Made by a program: the position numbers and the translations under genes. 64,000 bases of DNA, from positions 32,001-96,000 of the IMG/VR virus record IMGVR_UViG_3300043447_000395. One strand, written 5' to 3'. The notes under the pieces were generated by a model, which made no database searches, was not told the DNA's origin, and worked only from the letters and a program-made list of their open reading frames with translations. Source of the stretch: a virus. Its lineage: Duplodnaviria; Caudoviricetes. Below are positions 1 to 10,298 of the stretch, one piece after another (positions within the stretch are counted from its first letter, which is position 1; every line of letters begins with the position of its first letter).

Positions 1-833
1 AAAACTTCTTCGTAAACCTTTTGAACCGAAGCTGCTAAGTTCTCATGAATGGTTTCAAGTTTTTCTTCAGGTAATCTTTGTTCAACACCCAATAATTCGG
101 GTAACTTTTCATTGAACATAATTTTATCAGATTTGTCCCATACAAACACATCCATGTTACATTCTAACTTAGAATTTTTGAATGAAATTAATTTTCTAAC
201 TTCGTTCAGATATATGTTTGGGTTACCGTAAGATGCTAAACCCATCAATTTATATTCACCCTCATTTGGTCTAAATCCTAAAAATGTGGTCATTGCGGTG
301 TAATATAATCCTAAAGAATGTGGGTACTTAGATAAACTTGCATACTCAACTCCGCCATAATCACATATACCTAATGAAAGAGTATCGTGTTCACCTACTC
401 CATCTACTGATAGACACATTGCCTTCTCAAAATGAGAGGTGTAATATGAATAATATATGTGCGATTCGTGGTGCGTTGAATAAAAAACATTAGGTGATAA
501 TTCTCTTAATTTCTCATCAGTTTCTTTCGCGTTATTACGAATTTTTAGATAAGATCTTAATGAATATAAAGGATTTTTATACCATTGAGGTTTAATGTTA
601 TCAATTACCCTTTCGTATTTTAATTTGGGGTCCTCATAATAACAAACAGCCTGTAAATTCTTATCTGTTATTTTGTAATGTTTATAGATATATTCTAATG
701 CTTTCACTGGGAATGAACTATCGTGTTTGATTCCCGTGAATTTTTCCTCTTCGCACGCAAATATCAATTGATTGTCTCTAAATAAACAAACAGATGAATC
801 ATGATAATACGCTGAAATTCCAATTATATACAT
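1..833 (-). CDS. Carbamoyltransferase (NodU/CmcH family), N-terminal part; runs off the window start
   Basis: Not in the ORF track. Manual translation from ATG at 833 gives MYIIGISAYYHDSSVCLFRDNQLIFACEEEKFTGIKHDSSFP, later HHESH, DGVGE, YPHSLGLYY and GEYKLMGLASYG, all NodU-family motifs. Confidence 0.92.
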   Translation of the reverse strand, partial: MYIIGISAYYHDSSVCLFRDNQLIFACEEEKFTGIKHDSSFPVKALEYIYKHYKITDKNLQAVCYYEDPKLKYERVIDNIKPQWYKNPLYSLRSYLKIRNNAKETDEKLRELSPNVFYSTHHESHIYYSYYTSHFEKAMCLSVDGVGEHDTLSLGICDYGGVEYASLSKYPHSLGLYYTAMTTFLGFRPNEGEYKLMGLASYGNPNIYLNEVRKLISFKNSKLECNMDVFVWDKSDKIMFNEKLPELLGVEQRLPEEKLETIHENLAASVQKVYEEV

Positions 834-848
834 TTATTGTCCTTTATT

Positions 849-1487
849 TTAAGTATTGTTAAAAGTGATTTTATTATAAATAAAATCCGCAATTAATTTA
901 TATCCAATTAAATTGGGATGAAACCCACCTTCGTGATATTCTCGACCTTTCTCCCAAACTTTACGATTACCATATTCCCAAACTGAAACATCGTGTATTT
1001 CTTCATATTCTTTCAATATATCCGACATACAATAGTTTGGAAGTATAAAGTTATTTGGTAATGAGTTAATATCAAATTCATTTTCTTCTTTAAAGGTTGG
1101 GAAAAATGAATTAAAGTAAAAATGTTTTGTACCCTCTAAAGCAATTTCCATTTCATTAAAAATCCCAACTACGTCAGCATCTTTAAAATTTGTGAATCGA
1201 TATGGGTATGAAAGTAGAACAATTATGATATCTCCCTCTTCAAAAAATCCACTATCTTTTACATCCCATATATCTTCTAATATATGTTTATTACTATATC
1301 CACAAACACCCATATTCACATATTCACATCCCAATTTGTCTGCCAACCATCTCGGCCATGAATTCATCACTCTTAACTTATTAATAAATCCAGCACCCTC
1401 AACTACGTTAGCACTTTCCTTATACTTTTTGTTAGTCTCAACCCCATGACCTGCAGTCCAACTATCACCAAAACAAATCAATCTCAT
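849..1487 (-). CDS. SGNH/GDSL-like hydrolase or acyltransferase
   Basis: FGDSWT block I, NMGVCG block II, C-terminal FHPN. Confidence 0.75.
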   Translation of the reverse strand: MRLICFGDSWTAGHGVETNKKYKESANVVEGAGFINKLRVMNSWPRWLADKLGCEYVNMGVCGYSNKHILEDIWDVKDSGFFEEGDIIIVLLSYPYRFTNFKDADVVGIFNEMEIALEGTKHFYFNSFFPTFKEENEFDINSLPNNFILPNYCMSDILKEYEEIHDVSVWEYGNRKVWEKGREYHEGGFHPNLIGYKLIADFIYNKITFNNT

Positions 1488-2262
1488 ATGTCTTTTTTAA
1501 AAAAGGTATAACCATTTCAATCACAAATTTTTCATGTCCGAGTTGGTTAGGGTTTAATTTTTCTGAATCTTCGAATCCATCATTTGGGTGGTGTTCTTGT
1601 AACCATTCTAACATACCATCAATAGGTAAAAATGTGAACCTCTGTAACATATTATATAATGGATGAACCTCACTATAATTTGTCATTCCTAAACTATATC
1701 TCAATTTTCCAAATTCTTTCAATTTTTTAAAGTCGTACATCTTAAGGTAATTTTCTTGTTTATCGAAAAAATCTATATGTGATGTCATAAAATATTTGAT
1801 TCCTAATTTTTTTAGGTACCATTGAGTCCTTAATATGTGTTCAATACTAAAAACATACGATTGTATTTTATCATACATTACTCTAAAATATGTTTCAGTG
1901 TCTTCCGAAGATGAAACCCATTCATGGTTTAAAACTCTCCAATTTTTAACACCGTCCACCACATTCGTTAATTCAATTTCAGGTTTACGAACGTATTCAT
2001 CACCTTTACCATCATCGATATATCTTTCGTGTATATTGGGCGTGTTCCACATAACTCCAACAATAATTTCGTCCGCATTATGTGTCTTAAGTATTTCATT
2101 GATTTTATATATTAACTTCCTCGAAATCAACGCATTACCAATTTTTTCTTCTGTCAAGTCATGAAGTTCACAATTCAATTTTTCTTTACAAATATGTGGC
2201 CAAGAATTTTCACTACAATTCAAACCACCGCCAGCAGCAACAAAAATTCTATTCTCACTCAT
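1465..2262 (-). CDS. Degenerate SGNH-like protein, paralog of 2265..2990
   Basis: Shares IIVGVMW, WRxxxHEW and EHILRTQWYL with its neighbour, but GxS is replaced by AAGGG and HPN by NPN. Confidence 0.6.
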   Translation of the reverse strand: MSENRIFVAAGGGLNCSENSWPHICKEKLNCELHDLTEEKIGNALISRKLIYKINEILKTHNADEIIVGVMWNTPNIHERYIDDGKGDEYVRKPEIELTNVVDGVKNWRVLNHEWVSSSEDTETYFRVMYDKIQSYVFSIEHILRTQWYLKKLGIKYFMTSHIDFFDKQENYLKMYDFKKLKEFGKLRYSLGMTNYSEVHPLYNMLQRFTFLPIDGMLEWLQEHHPNDGFEDSEKLNPNQLGHEKFVIEMVIPFLKKTYEIDLFW

Positions 2263-2264
2263 TG

Positions 2265-2990
2265 TTAAATTATATTATTCTTAGTTAAATGTGGAATTAT
2301 TATTTCTTCGGTTAATTTTACGTTACCAAATTCGTTCGGATGCCAATCTAATTTTAAATCATCAAATCCGTCAATAGGGTAATGTTTTTTATTCCATTCA
2401 TAAAACCCTTCTATGGGTAAAAATTTAGTAAAATCAACCATATCGTAGAGATATTTCACTTCGGGATGGTTCATAACAGTTTCATCCGAAAAAATATTCA
2501 TAAAAGTTGACATAAAATAATTTATATTACAAATCTCCAAGTACCATTGTGTTCTTAATATATGTTCTAATGTTTGTACCATGGATGAAATTTGATTATG
2601 AATAATTCCATAATACAGTGTACAATCTTCCGATTTAGTCCATTCATGACTCATGATTCTCCATCTATTTTGTGTAGGTATAAGACACGAAGTTGGATTG
2701 TAAGATAAATAAGGTGGTCCCACGTATTCGTCCCCTGAGTCAATAATCCTTTCAAATCGATTCACCCCTGACCACATTACCCCAACTATAATACGTTCCG
2801 GTGGTAATGTTACAGGATAGCTTTCTAACGCGTTCAATAATTTTCTAGAAATTAATCCGTTACCTTGGGATGGTGTTGCGACATTTGTAATTTCAAAATC
2901 ATACCTTTTAGATAGTTGGTATGGCCAAGCAAAATTCGGATCAGTGAAGCTACAACCACTTGTTATTAAAAGTTTATTTAGTGTTGACAT
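2265..2990 (-). CDS. SGNH-like protein
   Basis: SGCSFT, SQGN, DWHPN. Confidence 0.7.
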   Translation of the reverse strand: MSTLNKLLITSGCSFTDPNFAWPYQLSKRYDFEITNVATPSQGNGLISRKLLNALESYPVTLPPERIIVGVMWSGVNRFERIIDSGDEYVGPPYLSYNPTSCLIPTQNRWRIMSHEWTKSEDCTLYYGIIHNQISSMVQTLEHILRTQWYLEICNINYFMSTFMNIFSDETVMNHPEVKYLYDMVDFTKFLPIEGFYEWNKKHYPIDGFDDLKLDWHPNEFGNVKLTEEIIIPHLTKNNII

Positions 2991-3045
2991 TTGTTTATAA
3001 AATAACTATTTTTTATTATAAAGTAAAATAATTATAGATAAATAA

Positions 3046-3870
3046 ATGAATATGTACGAAAAAATTTCCAAAAACTTAGAGGTAAATGGTTATCATATCG
3101 GCCATTTTAGTGAATTTTTTAATGATTTAACAGGAATCAAAGAAGAAGAATTTCATCAATGGAGTGAGGTCTTTAGAAAAACCGCAATTGATAAGGATAA
3201 ACATTATTGTTATAGACACAATTATATTAGTCAAAACGATGCTGAAAATTATCTAAAATTACCCGATTATTGTGGTCCAACACCTACAGAGGAAGAGGTT
3301 TTACAAGAAATTCCTTTCACCAATGCACAAAAAAGAAAAGATTTCGTAAAGAAAGTAATAAATGGTGGTGGTAAAATCAGAACAACACAACAATGGGCCA
3401 GATTGAAATTGGAAAACTTTGATTATGATGAAGAAAAGATGGGGGAAATTCGTAAAATGCACGATTTCTTTGAGAATGTCATTAGACAACATACATCTTT
3501 GATTTATCCTGAATTAATGGCAAAAAAAGATACGTTTAGAACCGCCACAGGTTATAGTGTTTACGATAATGGTGATTTTTCTGAAGTTCATTTTGATGGG
3601 ATTAATCCAGGTAGGGCATGTGTTATAATTCTTTATTTTGGTGACCCAAATACATACCAAGAAGGTGATGGTGGGGAATTATTCTTAGGTCATAAAATAA
3701 GAACAAATGATAAACAAATCCTTGAATTTGAAGAACCTTTTGAAAAATGTGTACCTGTTTATGGAAATTATGCGATTATGGATTTCACAAAGTATAACGT
3801 GGGGCACTCAATTGAGATGGTTAAAAACGATTTTAGAAGGTTCGCATTACAATCTTTCGTAGGACCTTAA
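3046..3870 (+). CDS. 2OG-Fe(II) oxygenase
   Basis: HFDG (HxD), GDGGEL, distal H and R in the last strand. Confidence 0.75.
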   Translation: MNMYEKISKNLEVNGYHIGHFSEFFNDLTGIKEEEFHQWSEVFRKTAIDKDKHYCYRHNYISQNDAENYLKLPDYCGPTPTEEEVLQEIPFTNAQKRKDFVKKVINGGGKIRTTQQWARLKLENFDYDEEKMGEIRKMHDFFENVIRQHTSLIYPELMAKKDTFRTATGYSVYDNGDFSEVHFDGINPGRACVIILYFGDPNTYQEGDGGELFLGHKIRTNDKQILEFEEPFEKCVPVYGNYAIMDFTKYNVGHSIEMVKNDFRRFALQSFVGP

Positions 3871-3897
3871 AAAATGTAGAAGATTTCTACCATTTTT
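3870..3897 (+). terminator. Possible intrinsic terminator hairpin
   Basis: GTAGAA-gat-TTCTAC stem followed by a T run, directly after the stop codon. Confidence 0.45.
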
Positions 3898-3922
3898 GAG
3901 AATTTTTATTTATACTTATCAT

Positions 3923-4894
3923 ATGAAAATATTAATAACAGGTGGAGCCGGTTACTTAGGCTCCGTTATCACAGGTAAATTATTAAATGCCGGTTATGAG
4001 GTTGTAGTCCTCGATAAATTAATTTTTAATCAAGTATCGTTACTTTCACATACTTCAAATCCTAAGTTTAGGTTTATACATGGTGACGTAAGAAATGAAG
4101 AACTATTAGAGAAATTATGTTTAGAAGCAGATGCAATCATACCATTAGCAGCAATTGTTGGGTTTCCCGCATGTGACGCAGAGCCAGATTTAGCAAAACA
4201 AATTAATTTCCAACAAATTTTTAACATTGTTAAATTTACTAAGAATACAAATAAGAAAATCTTATATCCAAATACTAACAGTGGTTATGGTATTGGGGTT
4301 GGTCAAACAATGTGTACTGAGGAATCTCCTTTAAATCCAATTTCAATATACGGTTCAACTAAAGTTGCTGCTGAAAATTATTTAAGGTCATCAACAGATG
4401 CGATTGTATTTAGACTAGCAACTGTTTTTGGTGTCTCACCTCGTATGAGAACTGACCTATTAGTTAACGATTTTACTTATAAGGCAATCACAGACAAATA
4501 CATTGTTGTTTTTGAAAAAACATTTAAGAGAAACTTTATCCACATCCAAGATGTTGCAAATGTATTTCTTTTCATGTTAGAAAATTATGACAAGTACAAA
4601 GGTGAAGTTTACAATGTTGGTTTAAGTGAAGCCAATTTAAGTAAACAAGAATTACTTGAAAAGATACAAAGTCATGTTAAGAATTTTGCAGTATCATATA
4701 ATGATTACTATGAAGACCCAGACAAACGTGATTATATTGTTTCAAATGAAAAAGTTGAGTCAACCGGATGGAAACCTGAATGGGACTTAGATATGGGGAT
4801 TAAAGAATTAATAATGGCTTATCAAATGATTGTGCCTAAAATGGGTGCAGAATTTAGAAACGGGTTTCCTTTGGGATACGCAAACCAAACATAA
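3923..4894 (+). CDS. NAD-dependent nucleotide-sugar epimerase/dehydratase (extended SDR)
   Basis: ITGGAGYLGS, YGSTK (YxxxK), RLATVFG; start moved to ATG 3923. Confidence 0.9.
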   Translation: MKILITGGAGYLGSVITGKLLNAGYEVVVLDKLIFNQVSLLSHTSNPKFRFIHGDVRNEELLEKLCLEADAIIPLAAIVGFPACDAEPDLAKQINFQQIFNIVKFTKNTNKKILYPNTNSGYGIGVGQTMCTEESPLNPISIYGSTKVAAENYLRSSTDAIVFRLATVFGVSPRMRTDLLVNDFTYKAITDKYIVVFEKTFKRNFIHIQDVANVFLFMLENYDKYKGEVYNVGLSEANLSKQELLEKIQSHVKNFAVSYNDYYEDPDKRDYIVSNEKVESTGWKPEWDLDMGIKELIMAYQMIVPKMGAEFRNGFPLGYANQT

Positions 4895-4895
4895 T

Positions 4896-5516
4896 ATGAT
4901 AGGTGAAATTTATACTTTTGATGGTGTAATTGATACGGAAATTCAAGATGAAATTGAAAAATATGTATATGATGAAAACACACAATGGGAAACATTAAAA
5001 AATGTAACAAAATTGGATGGGGTCCATACAAATTACTCATTTCCAGCAAAAGTAATTCCTGAAGCGATTATTAATAAAGATGTATTAAAATTTATTGATT
5101 TAATAATTGAGAATTCATTAAATAAAATTAACAAAAAACTTTTAAAAAGGTATAGAGTTAAAATAAATAAAACGATTCCTCACACTATTGACTTAAATCA
5201 AGAACATAGATTATTGCACGTTGATACAGTTGTTGAACATGTTACAATTATATATTACATTAACGACGCCGATGGTGACACATTAATTTTTAACGATAAA
5301 AATAATAAACATTTAAATAAGCTAAAAGGATTTAAGGATAATGATGATTTTTTAGATTTAAAAAGTTTTGAATTATCTAATAGTATAACTCCAAAAAAAG
5401 GTAGAGTGGTCATATTTGATGGTAATCTATGGCATTACGGAAAATACCCAACTAAAGGTGAAAGAAATGTTATTAATATAAATTTAGTAATAGAAAAACT
5501 AAAAAATATGATATGA
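4896..5516 (+). CDS. 2OG-Fe(II) oxygenase
   Basis: HVD, YYINDADGDT, PKKGRVVIFDG..WH..R; start moved to ATG 4896, just after the upstream stop. Confidence 0.75.
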   Translation: MIGEIYTFDGVIDTEIQDEIEKYVYDENTQWETLKNVTKLDGVHTNYSFPAKVIPEAIINKDVLKFIDLIIENSLNKINKKLLKRYRVKINKTIPHTIDLNQEHRLLHVDTVVEHVTIIYYINDADGDTLIFNDKNNKHLNKLKGFKDNDDFLDLKSFELSNSITPKKGRVVIFDGNLWHYGKYPTKGERNVININLVIEKLKNMI

Positions 5517-6058
5517 GTAATAAGTGGGACGAATTTATAGAAACTCCATCAAAAAAATTCGGGTATCAAGTGCCCGTTTTTACTCCCTCAATTTATAGAG
5601 AATACAGAGGTGAGATATTCACAACTTTTCATTCGGAAGAACATCCAGTAATGAAACATATTCATTATGAAAAAAGTGAAATTAGTATTCATGGTAGGTT
5701 TTCAAAATCATATAAAGGTGTGCTAAGAGGACTACACTATGACAATAAGACTTGGAAATTAGTTCAAGCTGCAGTAGGTGACATCTATTTAGTAGTTTTA
5801 GATATGAGACCAAAATCAGATACGTTCGGTGATTGGGAATCATTTATGATTACCGAAAAAGATAGAAACCAAGTTTTAGTTCCTCCTGGTTTTGCAAATG
5901 GTCATTATGCTTTAACTGATTGTATGTTTCATTACAATTTATTTTATAAAGATGGTTATGTTGATGCTGACGAACAAGGTGTTATTAAATGGAATGACCC
6001 TGAGTATCAAATGGAATGGCCAACAAATAATCCAATATTACAAAAACGAGATAGATGA
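5513..6058 (+). CDS. rmlC: dTDP-4-dehydrorhamnose 3,5-epimerase family
   Basis: RG.IF, SYKGVLRGLHY, KLV...GDIYLVVLDMR, VPPGFANG, WNDP. Confidence 0.88.
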   Translation: MSNKWDEFIETPSKKFGYQVPVFTPSIYREYRGEIFTTFHSEEHPVMKHIHYEKSEISIHGRFSKSYKGVLRGLHYDNKTWKLVQAAVGDIYLVVLDMRPKSDTFGDWESFMITEKDRNQVLVPPGFANGHYALTDCMFHYNLFYKDGYVDADEQGVIKWNDPEYQMEWPTNNPILQKRDR

Positions 6059-6690
6059 TAAAAAATTTAATTGATGAATTACCTATTGTAAACGAACCTC
6101 TTTGGGATAAGGCAGGTTTAATACAATTTGAAAAAAAGATGGCTGACCATTGGGAGGCTGGTAAAGTAAGAGGACCGATACATTTAAGTGGAGGTAACGA
6201 AGATGAATTAATTGAAATCTTCAAATACATTAAAAAAAGTGATTGGGTTTTTTCCACTTGGAGATCTCACTATCATGCATTATTAAAAGGTGTACCATCT
6301 GAATGGTTAGAAGAAGAAATATTGGCTGGTAGGTCAATTACAATTGTTAACCAAGAAGAAAAATTTTATTCATCTGCAATTGTTGGTGCAATTATTCCGA
6401 TTGCAACGGGAGTTGCTATGGCTAATAAAAGAGATGGTAAAAACGATAAAGTTTGGTGTTTTATTGGTGATATGGCCTTTGAAACTGGTGGTTTCTACGA
6501 AATGCACAAATATACACAAAGATATGATTTACCCATACGTTTTGTAGTTGAAGATAATGGTGTATCAACTAACACACCTACTGAAGAAACTTGGAACGGA
6601 ATAAAAAGAGAAGTACCTAGTGATGTTATTTGGTACGATTATAAAAAAGAGTGGCCGCACTACGGGACAGGAAAATGGATTGTATTTTAA
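6055..6690 (+). CDS. TPP-dependent dehydrogenase E1 alpha-like subunit (short)
   Basis: GPIHLSGGNE, STWRSHYHAL, AIVG, GD...EDN TPP/Mg motif. Confidence 0.85.
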   Translation: MIKNLIDELPIVNEPLWDKAGLIQFEKKMADHWEAGKVRGPIHLSGGNEDELIEIFKYIKKSDWVFSTWRSHYHALLKGVPSEWLEEEILAGRSITIVNQEEKFYSSAIVGAIIPIATGVAMANKRDGKNDKVWCFIGDMAFETGGFYEMHKYTQRYDLPIRFVVEDNGVSTNTPTEETWNGIKREVPSDVIWYDYKKEWPHYGTGKWIVF

Positions 6691-9365
6691 ATTTTGTATA
6701 TGATGATTGGGACGAAGTAAATGACGTTCCAAAACCTAATAGGTTAAAAACTTATAGTCATCCCGATGATATTGAAGGGGTGACTTGGCGTCTATCCACT
6801 GACCCAATGAAAGTTTTTGCCGATGTAAAAATTAATAATAGGAGAATTACGGATGTTGGAAAATATCCTGAAGAAGTGTTCTTTTATCACGTTTGGAATA
6901 TTAATTGTTTCAATAATAGATTTTTTGCAAATGACATTTTACCTGTTGATTTAGAGGTTATTGAAATGGTTAAAAATCATGATAATTTATATCTAATTAT
7001 CATGAATGAATGTGAATTTGAGAAAAAACAAGCGTTAGAAAGATTAGATAGAATTGTTAAATCTATTGGTTTAAATCCAAATAAAGTTTGGTTTATACAT
7101 AATGGTGAAAAATTACCTGAACATAAAAAAGAATTGGGGACCGAAATTAATGTTCACGCATCTCGTTCAATGGCAACAGCATTGAAAATGAATATGAACA
7201 TAGAATTTAAAGAGGACAAAGACCCTGGTTCTTTTTTCTTGTGTATGAATCGTTCACCAAGAATTCATCGATATGGAATTTTATGTTTATTAAAACGATA
7301 TGGTATTTTAGATGACACAAACTGGTCATTAGTATGTGGTTGGGATTTTAATAGTAGAAATTATCTTTTTAAAGAAATTTTTAATTTTGATGATGTATTA
7401 GATTTAAATAACGAAATATCATATTTTACATCGCTTGAGGTTAGAAAAGGTAACTACGAATTAGAATACGATGGTTTAGATAATAGAAACGCACAAGACT
7501 TACCAAATGAACCTAAAACTTTTGAAAACTCTTACGTTAATATTGTGACTGAAACCAATTTTGTGGGTGACGATATTCACATAACTGAAAAATCATTTAA
7601 ACCATTTTTCTATTACCAATTCCCTCTGATGTTGGCATCGTATAATCATATAAAATACTTCAAAAAGGCTTACCCTGGGTTAGATTTTTTTGATGATGTA
7701 ATTGATCACAGTTATGATAATATCGAAAATGATAGAGATAGGTTAAATGCGTTTTTCCAACAAGTAAAATATATACACGAGAATAAAGAATTTTTTATTA
7801 GATTTTATAAAAAGAATAAAGATAGATTTATTAAGAACTACGAATATCTTACTAATTACACAAATCAATATGACCACGATTTCTTTGTTAAATTAAGTCA
7901 GACAAAAGTACCGTCTAATGTTTTTTTAAATTTAGTTTATGACACGTGGGACGAAGAGAAACAAGAACCAATTCAGATGAATTGTCGAGATGTGTTCTAT
8001 GAAAGTTTTTTACAAGAAAGAGATTCATTTGTAAACTCCTTAAATTTCCCTTCTGAATACATCAAGAGATTTCCACTTCGTGAAGTAGATAATCACCCAA
8101 ATAAGAAATTTTTCTTCTTTATAACACATACTCCTGGTCAATCTTTTATAAGAATTATGGAAGGTAATTCACCAATGCAACAAGAGGTGATTGATTGTTT
8201 AAAAAGAAATCCAAATTTCAATGTGATTTTTGGGAATGAACAAGAGTATGAGCATTATCATTCATTTAAGGCACTACATTATTGGTTAAAAATGAATGGA
8301 ATAAATGGGAATCAAATCTATATGGTTAACAACAATATTGATTTGAAGAGTTATAAAGAAAGATTGAATAGTGACATCAATGTATTCTCTACATCAAAAG
8401 TGAGTACTCACATATACATTGCAATGACGTATATGATGCCTGATTTACATTTTAAAGAGGAGAAGAGTGGTAAGTTATTCTTATGTCATAATAGAAGAGT
8501 TCGACCACATAGATATGGATTGTTGGCTTTATTGAAAAAAGAAAATCTTTTGGATGACGTAGATTGGTCATTAGTTTGTGGCTATGAGGCTGCCAATTTT
8601 GATTACGTGAGTTGGTATAGAGATATATTTGATATTTGGGATTTAAAAGAGTTACTCCCTGAGATTGATTATTTCCATAGTGTCGATATGAAGAAATGTA
8701 TGTTCGAAGAAGAAAAAACTTGGTTTGATGATAGAGTCAATCCCGATGGAGTTTATTGGGGTGAGACTTACACTGCACCAACTTACGAAGAGTCGTATTT
8801 TAACATTGTGACCGAATCGGAATATAGTTCTAACACAATACATATTTCCGAAAAATCATTCAAACCTTTTGTTACTTACCAATTCCCTTTAATATTGGCA
8901 TCTCCAAGACATATTCATGCAATTAGAAAAAGATATGGTTTTGATTTCTTTGATGATGTGATTGATCACAGTTATGATTTAGAACTTAACCATTCAGAAA
9001 GATTAATAAAATTTGTTAAGGAAATAAAAAGAATACAAGAGAATAAAGAATTTTTCATTGAGTTCTATAAGAACAACAAAGAGAGATTTGTAAAGAATCA
9101 TGAATTATCAAAAAAATTAACTCATGATACTAGTGATAAAGATTTTCTTAAGAAATTATGCGGTCTTTATGAATATGAATTTGAGACTGGCGTTAGAAGG
9201 GTAAACGAAGACTTTGAAGATGATTTCTATGAAAAACAATTAGAAAGATACGAACAAAGTGGTGTTGAACCTAAAGATCCAATTGAAGTTGAAACACAAA
9301 AATTAATTGAGGGGGTATTAAATCAAGTGACTCCTCAACCTCCCGTAAAAAGAAATTTAATTTAA
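6675..9365 (+). CDS. Tandem two-domain glycosyltransferase-like protein (GT10/GT-B-like)
   Basis: Two ~420-aa repeats, each with FLCxNR..R.HRYG, SY.NIVTE, I(T/S)EKSFKPF and FDDVIDHSYD; start moved to ATG 6675. Confidence 0.6.
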   Translation: MDCILNFVYDDWDEVNDVPKPNRLKTYSHPDDIEGVTWRLSTDPMKVFADVKINNRRITDVGKYPEEVFFYHVWNINCFNNRFFANDILPVDLEVIEMVKNHDNLYLIIMNECEFEKKQALERLDRIVKSIGLNPNKVWFIHNGEKLPEHKKELGTEINVHASRSMATALKMNMNIEFKEDKDPGSFFLCMNRSPRIHRYGILCLLKRYGILDDTNWSLVCGWDFNSRNYLFKEIFNFDDVLDLNNEISYFTSLEVRKGNYELEYDGLDNRNAQDLPNEPKTFENSYVNIVTETNFVGDDIHITEKSFKPFFYYQFPLMLASYNHIKYFKKAYPGLDFFDDVIDHSYDNIENDRDRLNAFFQQVKYIHENKEFFIRFYKKNKDRFIKNYEYLTNYTNQYDHDFFVKLSQTKVPSNVFLNLVYDTWDEEKQEPIQMNCRDVFYESFLQERDSFVNSLNFPSEYIKRFPLREVDNHPNKKFFFFITHTPGQSFIRIMEGNSPMQQEVIDCLKRNPNFNVIFGNEQEYEHYHSFKALHYWLKMNGINGNQIYMVNNNIDLKSYKERLNSDINVFSTSKVSTHIYIAMTYMMPDLHFKEEKSGKLFLCHNRRVRPHRYGLLALLKKENLLDDVDWSLVCGYEAANFDYVSWYRDIFDIWDLKELLPEIDYFHSVDMKKCMFEEEKTWFDDRVNPDGVYWGETYTAPTYEESYFNIVTESEYSSNTIHISEKSFKPFVTYQFPLILASPRHIHAIRKRYGFDFFDDVIDHSYDLELNHSERLIKFVKEIKRIQENKEFFIEFYKNNKERFVKNHELSKKLTHDTSDKDFLKKLCGLYEYEFETGVRRVNEDFEDDFYEKQLERYEQSGVEPKDPIEVETQKLIEGVLNQVTPQPPVKRNLI

Positions 9366-10298
9366 ATGAAAAAAGTATTAATAACAGGTTGTAGTGGGTT
9401 AGTCGGTACCCACTTAATAAAAAAATGTATCGATTTAGGTTACGATGTTGTAGGAACCGATTTATATAGAAATGAATTCTTACCCATGGATGGTTGGCGT
9501 TTCATCAAGAAAGATTTAACATCACCGAATGGTGTCGAGGAGTTATTTCTAAATAATACCTATGATGTGGTGTTTAATACTTTTGGTGTTAAAGGTTCAC
9601 CTATGAGAGCTAAAACTAAACCTGTTGATTTTTTATACCCATCTTTTAAAATCAACACTGAAATAATCAATCAATGTGCTATGTCAAATATTTGGTTGGT
9701 TTTTGTTAGTTCGGTTGGTGTTTATGCACCTTCTGAAAAATTCATAGAAGATAGTGTTTGGGAAACATTACCTGGCCAAGCCGATTGGTTCCCTTCTTGG
9801 AGTAAAAGAATGGGTGAGTTATTACTTGAAGCTTATAGTGTTCAATATGGATATAAAAAATGGTCAATAGTACGTCCCGCAAACATATTTGGTGAGTACG
9901 ATGATTTTAGTGGTAACGGAACTGTAATAGCATCTACAATTAAAAAAGTTGTTGACTCAAGTGGTCAAATCGAAGCGTGGGGAGACGGTTCTCCGATTAG
10001 AGACTTTGTTTACGCGGGTGATGTTGCAAATGGATTAATTAAGATGTATGAAAATAAAATAAACGATGTTGTAAATTTTGGTTCAGGTATTGAAATTACA
10101 ATTAAAGAAATCGTTAATAAAATAGTTGACATTAGTAATAAAGAAATCGAAGTGAAGTGGGATTCATCTAAACCGAACGGAGATTTAAAAAGATTAATGG
10201 ATACAACAAAACAAATAAAATATGATATTTTACCTGAAATATCATTCGATAAAGCTTTAAAAAATGTATATGAATTCTACTCCAATACAACCAAATGA
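9366..10298 (+). CDS. NDP-sugar epimerase/reductase (GDP-L-fucose synthase-like SDR)
   Basis: TGCSGLVG, RPANIFG, WGDGSPIRDFVY, KPNG. Confidence 0.85.
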   Translation: MKKVLITGCSGLVGTHLIKKCIDLGYDVVGTDLYRNEFLPMDGWRFIKKDLTSPNGVEELFLNNTYDVVFNTFGVKGSPMRAKTKPVDFLYPSFKINTEIINQCAMSNIWLVFVSSVGVYAPSEKFIEDSVWETLPGQADWFPSWSKRMGELLLEAYSVQYGYKKWSIVRPANIFGEYDDFSGNGTVIASTIKKVVDSSGQIEAWGDGSPIRDFVYAGDVANGLIKMYENKINDVVNFGSGIEITIKEIVNKIVDISNKEIEVKWDSSKPNGDLKRLMDTTKQIKYDILPEISFDKALKNVYEFYSNTTK

